A program made the position numbers and the translations under genes. The notes under the pieces were generated by a model, which saw only the letters and a list, made by a program, of their open reading frames with translations, was not told where the DNA came from and did no database searches. From Mesotaenium endlicherianum (taxonomy: Eukaryota), in the NCBI GenBank assembly GCA_009602735.1, contig WELA01002297.1, positions 471,961 through 511,636 on the forward strand: DNA of 39,676 nucleotides. The letters are read 5' to 3'. This document shows, piece after piece, positions 1 to 12,424 of this stretch. Position 1 is the stretch's first letter. Each line of letters opens with the position of its first letter.

Positions 1-323
1 GATTTGGGCCTCGTTGATGGCCCCACTGAGGTGCAAATAGTGTTGGCCTTCAAGTCTTTGTGAAGAAAGTAAACACTCTCGCCTAAGTTGATAGCCTAAA
101 CCAACATATGCCGATCCTTAATGCTCATCTTGGGGTGAGTCTTTCTCCTCTTCTTCACACTACCTTCCTCTTTCACTGGCCGTTGGTATTTGTGGCCGTA
201 TACCTTGATTAGTGATCTAACTATCCTTATTCGAGCCCGTTTTTTTGCTTCCCGAGGAGGTTGCGTTCTTCTTATACTACCCCCACGATCCATTGTCCTC
301 CACTCGGGTTCATAAGTCGCCAA
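1..323 (-). pseudogene. 5' part of an unknown basic protein gene running off the window
   Basis: ORF 96-323 is K/R-rich (KKRRK). The frame stays open past the TAG at 96-98 to base 1 (AINLGESVYFLHKDLKANTICTSVGPSTRPK). It is divergent from the + gene at 1092. Confidence 0.4.
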
Positions 324-1091
324 TCATCCCTGACACGCCCTACATTTTGGCCAAAATAATGGAGGGAGAATTTTGAGATGGCAAACTTCAGAGGCAGTGT
401 TCAACTTTCAAAACCTAATTTGTTGCGTGTTAGGTGCAGTGACCTGTAGGCGCAAACACAAGTGGCACCTGGGAGGTGATGTAATTGCAAGTTAAGTGAA
501 GTAAAATTACAAATGAAATTGGCCAACGACCACATGTGACGCGCCAAAATATTGCATCATTTGGCGGTTATGCCTATGCCAATTACGGTATTTTGTTGTC
601 ATTCTCTTTCGCGATGTAGGGCGTGTGCCCGACCCGATAATCCGATCAATTGAAGTCTGGAGGTACACCAAGTCCATATTTTTCTCGCGCTTGGTTGGTT
701 ATTGCACAGAAGTCGGACGTGGTTGGACGCCTCTTGTCACCTTCGACATCACATGCGACGTCCGATCACGTCCAATCGTCAAACCTGACCTCCTGTAACC
801 CAAAAACAGGGTACGTGGCCAACGTGGACCACCGTGGACTGTGGCAAACCTTCAACCTCGTCCTTCTATACCCTCCCAAGCAAAAATGCTCATGCAGAGC
901 CACGGCTTCATGCTAGTGGCTCATGTGATAATTCGTACAAGAGGCGCATTTACAATGCTCAATTTCTGTCCAATAGCATCCATTTCCGCCGTGACGTCCA
1001 CTCACAAAAGCTAAGCGATCAAACGTGCCTCGAGCAGACCGTGAAGGAAACCAGCGAATGTGATTCGAGAGCACTGCATCCTTCACCAAAA

Positions 1092-3204
1092 ATGTGCATG
1101 CCGCATGGCGCATGGTGTGAATGCCTTGAGCTCAACGAGTGGCAAAGCTCATATGAAGACCTTTGCTCGAAGCTCGAAGCTCGAACACGAGCATGCATGG
1201 CAATAATCGAGCAAAAGAAGGATGCAAAACGGGTTCACCGGCTTCCATCTTTCATTAAATTATGCCATTCCAACAATCTCTGGCCTCCACTCTCCCATTT
1301 CTTCCCTCTTCCTACGGCTACCTTCATTCCAGGCATCTCTCAATTCCAAATATGAGGCCCTGTGGTTGAACGTGCTTCCATCCTCACACTAGGGTATGCA
1401 AAATATGCAAGGTTTTTCATAGGTCCTGTTCAGGATCTGGGGCGCACAGAGGATGACAAACTCCCACAATATGCAAATATTTTCCAATGCCTAGCCAATG
1501 GCCAAAAAATTGGTGTGCTGGTTATAGACAACGCCAGAATCAAGTATGTGAAGGAACCGTTGTACGGTATCACATACTTGATTGTGGGTTATCTCAAGGA
1601 CTTCCATGCTATGGTGTGTGAAGCTGCTCTGTCAAACGGCTGCTGAAATGAATCGACTTACCAAAAAGGCGATTAGCAATTAGTTAACTTCTTTATATCA
1701 GCAAGTAATCTTCATGGTATTTCGTGTTGACTGATTAAACAGCAAAGGACAAGACACTAGCAGTGTACAATACTCGCGAGTCAAATGCAAGTAAACTACC
1801 ATCAATAATGCAACCAGTAAACTCATACATAAGCAAGGCTAGAAGACAATGCATATTAATGGCTTGTCGCCTTGGATCCAGATATCTCACAGTAAGCAGT
1901 ACAAGAGAGTTGGCCTCGTTTCCGAATGCCGAACTCGAGAGCATTCCTAGCATATGTACATGGAATGAGTTTACTGTTCAACGACAAGTGCGATGGCACC
2001 GCCTACCCAGGAGTTAACCACGTTGGTAGGACCTCGGTTAACCAAATCCACCGCCATCTCCCATCATCCCGATTCGCCATCCATCTTAAGGATGTCATCT
2101 GGCCATTCATCTAGCACACCACACTTAGATGTGTATCTAGGCAGTTCGCTGCTACCGAGTACGGAAGTTAGGTGGCTGTCAAAGAATGCGCCAGCAAGCT
2201 GACCTGAGCTGACTTGAGCCTGCTGCTCCCGATTGAGTCATTAAATTGATTATTTACTAAAGTTCAGCAGACTCAATATTAGTTAAAGTTCAGCAGGCTG
2301 AACTTATTTACCTATTATATTTAAATGAATATTATATCTACCAATATACTGTTTCATTACAGCTGCCGTGTGATCATGAAGAGGGAGGGTAGGCACTACT
2401 TTAGCCGCACTACGGTGCCGCGTGGTTATCCAGTGAAGTTCAAGGCGGAGTGTAAGGATCGCTCAGAGGAGTTGTCCATCGGGGAGGTGTTGAAATCCAC
2501 CAAGTGTAATTTAAAGTGTACGCTGGTGTGCCGTCCGAGAATTAAGAGAGTCGCAAACTTGCATGATATGAATAAGGAGTCTTGGACAGTGGGGGTCACA
2601 ATCATGGAGGCCTATCTCATTAACACTGCAGCCGCTCAGGAGTATAGGCATGGCAAGTGCCTGACGGAGGAAGAAGTATCTGAGCGCCGATGCAACATCA
2701 ACGTGGATCATCTGCTCCGCGGGCGCGCTGTTGGTGCTGAAGAGGCCGGGAGGGCAGAGCACAATTCTTGTCGTGTGGCTGGCGCTGTCAGAGAGGTTTC
2801 CCCGGCATCAATCTTGCGCTCGCGTAAGGTATTATTTCCAGCACTTCCCATGGCACTGGAGCCGCTGGTCATGCCGCTTCTCCTGCTGCTACCGCCGCTT
2901 GGGTGTTGCGGCAGACTCATGCTGTTGCTACAGCTTCAATATTATCCCCTGCTGCTGCTGCTACTCCTGCTACGCTCTTGCACCTGTTCCCGCTAAAGTG
3001 TTGCCTGCCTCTGCTGCTGTCACTGATGTCGTCCCCGGTGATACCACTGTTGCCAATGCTGAGGCTGCTGCTGGTCTTGCTCTTGCTACTCCTACTGCTA
3101 CTGCTGACTATGTTTCCGTCAATGGGGCAACCGAACAAGCAGCTCCTAGCGGGAAGCTCATCATCTGCTGGTGTACGCAGGCGTGGTCAGTGAGACTTCA
3201 TTGA
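1092..3204 (+). pseudogene. Unknown protein gene split by a solo LTR; Ala/Pro-rich tail
   Basis: ORFs 834-1355 and 1362-1646 share a frame and are separated by one TGA. Removing the LTR (1644-2361) and one GCTGC copy fuses ...EAALSNGC to RVIMKREGRHYF... of ORF 2325-2996 in frame. The 3' end (GCT-rich, 2900-3200) is uncertain. Confidence 0.65.
1644..2361 (-). mobile_element. Solo LTR of gypsy family B (718 bp) with 5-bp TSD GCTGC
   Basis: Ends are TGAAATG...CATTACA. GCTGC is present at 1639-1643 and 2362-2366. Homologous end to end with LTRs at 35361-36078 (718 bp) and 28025-28740 (inverted). Confidence 0.93.
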
Positions 3205-3739
3205 CATCAAGACCAGAGGTAGGCTGGTGTGCTCTTGCTTGCACTGAAAACATGTAATATGTCTCCACCTGACGGACCTTCACTTAGATATCCATGATGC
3301 TTGTGAACATACTGAGGACTGAATGAAGAAATAGGATAGGTCTTCCTCCTCCATGATGTTTGTGCCTCCAATGCCTAGAGTTAGCACATGCATCCCTATT
3401 TTTATCAACACTTAAGTTTATGGAGTTTTGTTGCAGTGTTGGACAGGGCAGTTTCATCCTCAGGCACTGAAAGCGCCGGCATGTCAGTAGGCGGTCAGCC
3501 CGAGCCCTCCGAAGGTGAAGACTAGGATGACAGGGACTGGGCGGACCTCCTTGGCTAGAGTGAGGAGCAGTGCACGTGCTCGGATGGAAACTGTTGGGGG
3601 GAATGTGCACCCTAAACCTCAAGTTTGGCTGGACCGAGGAGGAGAGGTCTCTGTTGTGAATAATAGCTGTGTCATGCAAATGCATGTCAATAGCACGTGG
3701 ACTTAGAGGGCCTAATAGTTGTACATATAGGCACGTTAG

Positions 3740-4197
3740 AGTTGCATGGCTCCTCTGCGAGCTCCTTGTATAATACTTGATGCTGATTCTTAGGCATGTT
3801 GCTTTAGTTGCACTACTACTGTGCAAATTGAAGGTTTGTACATATGCTTTTGAGATGCTTGTGTAAGAGGTGTCGGCTCCTTGTTGCTACAGAGTACCAA
3901 ATTTTTTTCCTCCATTCTGTAGGGAAGTATTAGGCTCTTGAGGGTCTTATGCAATTGACAAGTAACCAATGTACTTTCATGTGTGTATGTGTGGTTGTGT
4001 GATGTTGAGTCACCAACAACAACAAGCAATATAATCTTAGAAATTATGCGTATATACTTGTGTTACTGTGCTGCACTAAATGAAGCATTTACAGTCGCTA
4101 TGTCACTACTTAATAGTTGAATAATACACCTGCTGTTGTCCACAAGAGAACTCATTAATTGATCAAAATGTATATACAAGTTGAGGTCCTGTACCCT
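3740..4197 (-). repeat. Diverged ~450-bp repeat, copy 1 (inverted relative to 10932-11410)
   Basis: Shared blocks include GGTACAGGACCTCAACTTGTA, ACACAAGC(A/T)TCTCAAAAGC(A/G)TATGTACAAA and TACAAGGAGCTC. Begins immediately after the transposase stop codon. Confidence 0.8.
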
Positions 4198-4200
4198 ATG

Positions 4201-7200
4201 CTATATGTAGTCCTCGATCTGAAGTAGCTTTGGTGCGCGGCTGTGGAATTGGTTGAGAAGAAATTTGTTGCACGAGTTGGCATTGCGTATCATTTTCAAT
4301 ATACACCCGCCCGGGGGTTCTCTGCACTCGCCTTTATCCACCAACTTCCCGTGCAACTTGCACTCTCTCCACACGGCACAGCTTGTCCTGGCAAGGGCCC
4401 ACTCTTCGTCAACATCTCGACCAATGTCCTTCTTATCATTTCTGATGACATACCCGGGTAGATCCTCCATCTCCCAGTAGTACCTTTCCACCTGCACCGT
4501 TGCAATGATTTGGGACGTCGGTATGACGACTGTATCCGCCTCTAGCGTGAAGGCCGGATGCAAAGTGAACTCGTCAATCACCAAGCGTCCTCTCCGATCG
4601 CGTACAGGCTTGAGCGGCCTCACCAGAGCCCATAAATACTCCGTGGTTGTCCCGGGGTTCTCCCGCCTGTCCATGGGATGAGGGATGAGGTGCATGACGT
4701 GCACAAAGAGTCTTTCCACTCTGGCAACCCACACCTGCCTGTTCTTTCTCTCGGCTCCTGTGGCTAAGCCGTTGGCGGCCACTGACACGTGATCCTCTAC
4801 TCTGAAGGTCTCGTTGGGCCCTCCCTTGGAAGCCTTCTGGCACATGTATATGCGCCCATTAATCCATTCTTCGACAGAGACAATCTGCCGGCTCCCGTCC
4901 TCCTGGAGGCCATCACCCAGGACCTTTTCGTCGAACCTCAAGAGCGAGCGGTACTTCCACTCCATGTCCTCCTTTGTGAGTCCTATAGTCTCCAACTCCA
5001 CGAAGGAACGGTCTCGATGTTTCTCTATCCAGCTGCACAGTTGCAATTTGAGGGAGGAACAGAATGAGAATCATTCATCACCACTTTGCATGCCTCAAGC
5101 TTTCCCACCCATGTCGATGGCATGCACAATAGACTTGCAGATTGCATGCGACGAGAATATGCAATATGAAGCAGGAAGGTATAGGAGTAATACCAATTGC
5201 CGATAGCCCCATGGCAGAGCAAGACTGAAGCCACCTGCACCCGCATGTAGACCTCCCTGGATCCGGCGGCCTTGCTATTGTGCACCAGACGTGTATTTTC
5301 TTCCCCCGCATGAGGTCCCACAGCACCGAGTCTTCTCATAAAACTACTTCCTCTCACTGTCTCCACCACATGATCGGCCATTCCCATCAGCCGAGTGACT
5401 GTGTGACCGAAATCCCTGAAGATGTCCATCGTGCACATTCTCTCCAGAGTCCTATACAGTAGCCACTTGGATCTGTCCTGGCAATTCCTGTTATTGAGAG
5501 TCGGCATGTTGTTCTTCATGTACTTGTGCTTGCTCTCAAAGGACTGGCCCCATAGGTGAGCCATAGGGCCGTACTGCTTCAAGGCAGTGCTGTAATGTAG
5601 CAGAGAATGCATGTTGTGACTCGCGTCGTTGAGCTGAGCCGTGACCCCTGCCTCGGCATCGGCCTCTTGCGCAGGGAATGCCTCTACAAAGTCTCTGTGG
5701 AAGTCCTTTGCTAACCTCTCAATCTTGTTGACGTCCCTCTGGCTAATGGAGCTGGCTAAGCAAATCTGTATGAGCTTGCACAGCTTCACCCAGAGCTTCA
5801 GTGCCTTCAGCCTGTGCTTGTACTTGTCCGTGTTGAAGTAGGTCTATTCTGTGTGAAGCGTCTACACCCTCGGATGACAGAAAGGTTGCAGCAAGGCAAG
5901 CATGAGGGGTGCGAGGGCCATAAATGTCATCCCTATGTAAGTGCCGTGATCGCACATGGGCTTCTTCACCTTGTTGTCGCCTCTGTTCACCCTCGCCGTG
6001 TCGGCCCTGTAGTTGAACGCCATTTTCTCGAAAGGCGTCCAAGCACAGTGCGTCGCACTTCCCAATGTGTTCTTTGCCAACGCCTTTGTGATACCGAGTG
6101 CAAACAGGTGAAAAGGCTCCAAAGGCATCTGGAGTATGCGATTCCATCCGGGCAGTTCCTCCAATGGACTCTTCTCCCATCCATAGCCCTTTTGACCTTT
6201 TTCCACTCCATCCAACCTCTTTGCAGACGCTGCATGAACTGCCCTCAACCTCTTCACATCCGCCTCACACTCCCTCTTTGTTCTCTCCCCAAAGTTTTCA
6301 TCCAGCAACTCCTGTCTGGACTCTTCCCACGATCTCTTTTTAAATGCTGCTTCCTCACGCGCCTCCCCAACCTCCACCTTGTAACGCCTGGACTCTTCCT
6401 CAGTACGCGGCACAACATCATTCAACGTCAAGTTCCATTCTTGGAGCCCGTTCTTGCGTACGGTACACACGGGGCACAGGAAGTCGGAAGACTGCCCCTT
6501 CATCATCATACTCTTAGTCCTCTGTGGAAAACCTTGATAGAAGAGCGTCATCACCCTCACCAGACACGCTTGCTTGAGTGGAGCAAAATACATCTGCACG
6601 CCCTCCTGTAGTTGCTTCAGGTCTTCCCTCACGAGGGACTCGAGCACCTCACCATCCCAAGAGTCCATGCTGCCGAATGCAATGAACCTAATGATGCTGG
6701 TATCCCCGATGACACTGCTATCCAAATTTTGCAAGCGGTAGTAGTACCCCGTGACACTCTGACCCTTTTTTCTGAAGATCTTGAAAGCATCCACTAATAG
6801 CAATATGGCCAGGTTCACTACGGGCAGGTTCTTGGGATTGTGTGCCTCTCAATTGGCGTCTGGGGTACCCAGCTGGAAGTTCACAGCTGGTGCCGTTACC
6901 CTCCTGAAAACTCCCTCGTCCTTTTGTTTGAGAGCATCTACACACCAGTAGGTCTCCTTGCCTTCCACTACCCAACCGTGTTCCGACCGCTCCCAGCCTA
7001 ACTCCCCCCAGTTCCCCCCCAATGGTGGTGCACCATGAACAACTTCTCAGGTGCGCAGAATGAGGCTAGGGTCCACTTTCATGGGCTCCTTAGTGAGCAA
7101 GAGCTCCCCGTGCCCTTCACCCTTCTGCATCACGTGAGCACTTATGACGCGCTGTCTATCTGGTTGGCTACTGTCAGTCGACAAGATCTCGTGCACCAAG

Positions 7201-8311
7201 ACCATCACCTCTCGGCCGGCGGCACCTGCGCATGCAGAAAGGCCCTCGTCATTAATGACAAATGAAAGAATAATTGAGGAGAAGGAACTCCCAGGCACAC
7301 AGCAAGCTGAACTCCCAGACTCCCATGGCTAATATGCGATGTGGCAAGCAGGGGTTGCAGTGATATACCCGCTACTTGTGGGCTCATAACTAGGAGTTAC
7401 CCCAAGGCCACCTTCATTTCCTCCCCCCCTGTGTGCATTCGACAGCTGTACTCCCGAAAGAGCGGATGGCCAGTTACATATGGGAAATTGTAGAGCCCCG
7501 TCATCTCTCCGTCCACTAACACCTCAGGCTTGAAGTGGATCTCCCTGCTCAATAAATTGTCCCCCACCATCTCCGCCAGACTTTCGCTGACACGCTTGGA
7601 CCACAGCTTCTCCCCGCTTGGCAGCAGGGTTTCTTGCACACCATGCTTGTGAAATTTGGCTTTCGTCTTGTGTATGTCGTCAATCAAGCACCTTTCTTTG
7701 TCCTCTGCTCTGTAGAACTGGCTATTCAATCTCCACGCCTCTGTCAATCGTTTGGTTTTCTTAGTACTTACATTGTGCAGGATCTCGTAGCCACACTTGC
7801 ACAAGCACGTCGCGCTTTTGAACTTCCCCCGCTCTTCCTCCGTGGCCTCTAATATGATTTCGTCACCACAATTCAAAGCTAAATTTCCTGCTGCGTGTGC
7901 TGCAGCCTTGGCAGCCCTCTCCGATGCCCGCATAGCTGCGTGCTGTTCCCGTACCTCTGCGTGTAGTGCTAAATTAGCTAGTCTTTTGGCTGCCTCTTGT
8001 ACTCTTAAAGCATCCTTGCGCGCTGCTTCTGAGGCTTCTATTTGCACTTGCCTGAGATCTTCCTCTTCCTGCCTTAATTGTTGGCGTGCCTCATTTACCG
8101 CTAGCTGACTAAGGTGTGCTATCTCATCACTGTTTTCAACATGTCTTGCCCGCTCTTGTTCTCTGCGCAATGCTTCTTCATCTGCTGATTCAGCTCTACA
8201 GGCATGATGACAAACCACTCTATACCTCATCCATTCTCCACATTGAGTGCATTGTAATTTCTTATTTTGATGTGGTGCTTCACCACTGCCCAATATCCTT
8301 GGCATCTCCAC
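4201..8311 (-). pseudogene. CMC (CACTA/Mirage/Chapaev)/Plavaka-like DDE transposase, probably spliced, with premature stops
   Basis: Motifs occur in the expected order: LLVDAFKIF..SVTGYYYRLQNL (first D), YQGFPQR..CPVC (second-D position reads G; CxxC), LEPFHLFALG, HNMHSLLHY..YGPMAHLWGQSFESKHKYMK (E), then a beta-rich C-terminal domain ending FLLNQFH. ORFs 7047-7298, 5862-6818 and 5025-5789 form one frame broken by stops at 7047, 6849, 5862 and 5844. The N-terminus has a CxxC..H..C finger and a coiled coil. Probable introns lie near 7226-7400 and 5033-5240; splice phases are not resolved. Confidence 0.85.
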
Positions 8312-9003
8312 AACAACTCTAGTCCTCCTAGTTAAGTGTACCCCTTATGCATTCACCCAAAAACTACGGTTTTACTCGTGAAGAAGACGCCTCAACTGAT
8401 ATCTCCTTGGTGAAGGCAAGAGTATTATTGTCTTCACCTGATACAAGGCAATTTATTATTTGCCTTTGGATAGGTGCCGTATTTTTTCATGTTATTGATC
8501 GATTGCCTGGAAGTTCCGAGCCGACCAATTTATAGTACGTTGCAAATTTTTGGCAATGACGTGACCGTTTTAATTCCGTTGAAAAAAGGATCGGAGACAA
8601 GGAATTTGTCACGGCACGTGACCAACTTTCTGGTCCGTTTCTCTCCAGCGATTTCATTTGACGGACACAACATCCGACCACGACAATCGCAACACTCACA
8701 ATTGCACACACCACGAATGTGCATTCACTGACACGTATCGTCGTGTTTTGGGAGGAGTGTAACAAATGTGAAGGGCACACAAATTATTCCGTTGTGACGA
8801 GTCGCAGACGTCATGACATTTATGCGAGCAAAATGTGAGTTATCATACATTGTCCTCCGCGCGAGTGTCGCTCACGTTTGGGAGTCGGGATATGGCGAGC
8901 TCATGTGAAGTAATTTTTATTAGCAAATGCCACTTTTGGACAATAAAAAAAGGTACAGGAAGTTAGCTCTCTGCATGCTCTACATGCTGCTTAATCTTGC
9001 TTC

Positions 9004-9571
9004 ATGCAGGAAGGGTGGTCGACGAGGCAAAGAATGGCGTCCATTGCCATCTCAGCGGTGGACAACAAGAGCAACGACAACAAGTCCAACGCTAATAGCA
9101 GTAGTAAGAATGAGAAGGTTATTTCTCCCTCTGTTCTCTTTAAAAAGTCTCAATTGCCCAAAATTATGGCTCATCATTCAGAGTTGTACCTCCTGCAATC
9201 TCGTGATGAGAGTCTGAGCCTTGAGCAGAGACACAAAGCCTTGGATTGGCATGCCTTATACAAAGGGCTTGAGGAAACTTAGGAATGCTTCAAACGACAG
9301 GCTCTTGAGGAGCAACGAGCCGAGTCGAGATTTAAACAAGGGAGGCAGGCAGTAGAGAACTTGAGGCATTGGTTGGCGGAAGGCAACACTATGGTGGTAG
9401 AGTTTCACAAGCACAAGGGCCCGAGTTTGTGGATGTGGAGCGAGAAGGTGAAGGAGGGGGCCTGCTTGGCCATGCAAGATACATGATCAGTGCAACTTAA
9501 GTGCATGTGTGAAATGCCCTGTGTTGCTCAGTTCTTTTGGTCCGCTTGTTAGTTTAACAGTGGCCCAACTC

Positions 9572-9632
<61 letters not shown>

Positions 9633-10870
9633 TGCTATTTGTATGTTTGCAATTATTGAAGCAGAAGAGGAGGCCGGCATCCCCGTCGACTGAAGCACCG
9701 ATGTGCAAGGGACCGGCAGGGAACCCAAATCTGTCCCCGGCCACAACCGCCAAGAAGAAAGCCAAAACTCCATGAGAGGTATACACAGCCTCCTGACACC
9801 TTGAGAGCATGTGCATGCTAAACTGTCAACTGACTCTGCTTGTTGGCCACACGGTCTTAGAAAGGGCTCAACTTCCATGTTATGAGTGCAGGCATTCCAC
9901 GTGAAGCGGAGGTTACCATTTCAGTCCCAATGTGGGGGAAGAACAAGGACGGCTATGAACAGGAGTGGGGAGATTGCAACAACAAGAAGTCTCCACAGAA
10001 CAGAGACTCCGGCCTCAACAAAAAAAACTTGTAGACTCTGCACATGGTGAGTAGGTGCATGGTGAGTAGGTGCAAAATTAATAGTGTCTCACTTCATTTG
10101 TACTCCATCTGCATGCTCATGCACATTGTAGCAATCTCAGGCCCTCCTGCATTGGCTGATAGATCACAAGCAACGAATGAGCAGGCCCTCTCAGCGCAAG
10201 CGACACTCTGATGCTGCGACCTGTGACTGCAGAGAAGATTACTCCAAAGGGAGGCTCTTGCGGAACGTATTCGACCAGTTTAAAAAGTAGGACGCCAAAA
10301 TTCAAAGCGCCGCCACGTAGGAGGCCTCCAGCTAAGAAGTCAGCCCAGACAAACAAGAAAATGAAGCAGGCTGCAACTTCAGGCGAGGGTTCCGCTGCTC
10401 CAACAACTAAGAAGAACCAGCAACGAAAGGAACACCGCGTGTCCTCCGTGGAAGAAGAGGACACGGCAACACAGCGGGGTGAGGCAGAGACGACAAGCTC
10501 AGGTGGGCAAAAGATGGATTGGACTCCCTGTTGCACGCAAGTTCGCTGATGCACGCATATCTCAAGAGTCCAGCATCAATGGTGCACCTCTCGTGAACAT
10601 CTGCACAAGGGTAGGTCTACACATGATTGTCACTTGAAGAAATCGGAGCGCTTGTTAGGGATGATAGCATGCCAATATTGGGGCCACTAGAAGATACATT
10701 GTCACCCGTTTCATTTAAACTGAGCAGACTCTGCTTACAAACCGAAGCCCCGGGAGCTGCGTGCTGTGGAGCTGCTTGCTGTGGACTGAACAAGGCAGGA
10801 GCAAGAGGAGTGCCAAAGGCCTGTGTACAATAAGAGGTGCTAAAAGAGGTGATCTGGCATCGTTTAGAGA
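9004..10870 (+). pseudogene. Unknown multi-exon gene (charged helical N-terminus, K/R-rich low-complexity middle)
   Basis: ORF 9004-9282 continues in frame past TAG (ECFKRQALEEQRAESRFKQGRQAVENLRHWL...). Further coding-like pieces lie at ~9665-9775 and 10211-10549, separated by intron-like segments, one containing the (CT)n tract. No domain recognised. Confidence 0.45.
9569..9629 (+). repeat. (CT)n microsatellite, ~30 units
   Basis: Directly visible, with one interruption. Confidence 0.98.
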
Positions 10871-10931
10871 GCTAATGCAACAGTATGGCGGAAATATTTG
10901 TTGTAAGAAGATTTGGGGTACCAGAGTATAT

Positions 10932-11410
10932 GGTACAGGACCTCAACTTGTACATTTTTATATAAAATAAAGCAACAAAACTCTTGTCCACAGGTACTGT
11001 TGTTAGTAACATATACTGATTCCATGATGCACACCGCAAATTTGCTAGGAGCAGAGACTCCAATTGTTGCAGTGCAGGACACTAACACAAATACACATGC
11101 ATACTTTCTGATATTACATTATTGTACATTGTTGGTCACTCAACTTCACACAATCACGCATGTGCATTGGAGGAGGCATGAAAGTGATTTGGTTTTCAAC
11201 TGTTACTTTGACTGCATACATCCCCAAGAGTAAGGAGGATAAAATGATGCTACTCTGTAACAACAAGGCGCCTACACCCCTAACACAAGCTTCTCAAAAG
11301 CGTATGTACAAATATTTGACTCAGACGCTAGTGCTGCAACTAATGTAACCTACCCGTGAAACAATATGAACTACTGTACAAGGAGCTCAAAAAGGGGCTT
11401 TGCAACAGTA
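10932..11410 (+). repeat. Diverged ~450-bp repeat, copy 2 (inverted relative to 3740-4197)
   Basis: Same shared blocks as copy 1. The incidental translations PTPLTQASQKRMYK and PTPLTQASQKHMYK reveal the match. Confidence 0.8.
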
Positions 11411-11643
11411 AGAGCCACATGTGTACAACTATTGGGACCTTGTAAAAGGTCCTCACCTTGCATAGCTTCCATTGCTCTCTGCTTCTAGGTTGAAGCATCA
11501 TCATCCTCCGACTTTGCCCACCACAACTGCACATCCACAATAGCATTTAGTATGTTAGATGGAGGCGCAACAGTGCCAAAACTACCTGCCATTACATGTT
11601 GGGTACAATTAACACAAGAATTGTCCACCTCAAATCCTTCACA

Positions 11644-12424
11644 TCAAGAACTGCCTACCTCCACTCCTCCCATGTAGCAAACGGAGCACATGTTGAAACT
11701 TAAACCGCTTCCTTCCACAGCAACATCCTCACCCTCAGCTTCTTCTTGCACGCGTTTGAGTGCCCATGTATCACCCAGACACTTTCTGTGGGACTGAATT
11801 GCTTCTAATCTCAAGTCGCAATTCACCCAAATTGTATGAGGCTGTTTCTGACATCTGTACTAACTCCTTCATCCATTGGGCAATATCATCTGTGACTCTA
11901 TCAAACTTTCTCTTCCTATTTGGCCCCATCTCCTCAACTGGATCGTCATCAACTGGCTGGAGAGCTGCCACTACATCCAAAGTTGGCACTACATCTCCCC
12001 GTAATGCCTCAAGTTCTAATATTGGAGCTTTGCCTTTGTCTGATGTTGATGCCATGTCCTCCCCTAGAGCTAGCTAACGAGGCCTGCTTCTCAGACAGAA
12101 GGCTTGATCATAGAAGGCTGCAGCCTTTCTTTTGACATAAGATAAATGCTGATTGATGGTGATGTTTATATCTAATTCCGCCGTTGCATCACTCTGGATT
12201 ACCTCCAGACGAGTGATGTTATATGCAAGACTACTTTTCAAGGCTCCAATCCTTTTGATTTCCAATTTGGTTTCCTCTATAAATTCCTGCAGTTCATCAC
12301 ATAAATTGCTATGGCGCTGTTTCTTAGTTGGACTCACCGGTCCCTTTTCAGCACTACTTGTACCTCGTAACCCTTCACCCCCTTTGCTTTTGGACATTGG
12401 CATGTACTGGCTGTTGTCGCTCAC
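11644..12424 (-). pseudogene. Unknown coiled-coil protein gene
   Basis: ORFs 12074-12424 and 11771-12055 share a frame, separated by one TAG. Contains a heptad-like segment ELQEFIEETKLEIKRIGALKSSL and NLS-like PNRKRK. ORF 12587-12919 may be an upstream exon. Confidence 0.5.

Noticed and set aside
1735..2202. Short ORFs repeated at 35584-35832 (YVHGMSLLFN..CDGTAY)
   Set aside because: They lie inside the family-B LTR on its antisense strand. The similarity reflects LTR homology, not a gene.
5814..6611. 265-aa + strand ORF and similar overlapping ORFs (7797-8108, 16045-16389)
   Set aside because: Antisense shadows of the transposase or DNMT, with no motifs.
9509..9878. ORFs with SLSLSL/ERERER runs (also 14387-14584)
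   Set aside because: The runs are translations of (CT)n/(GA)n microsatellites in probable introns.
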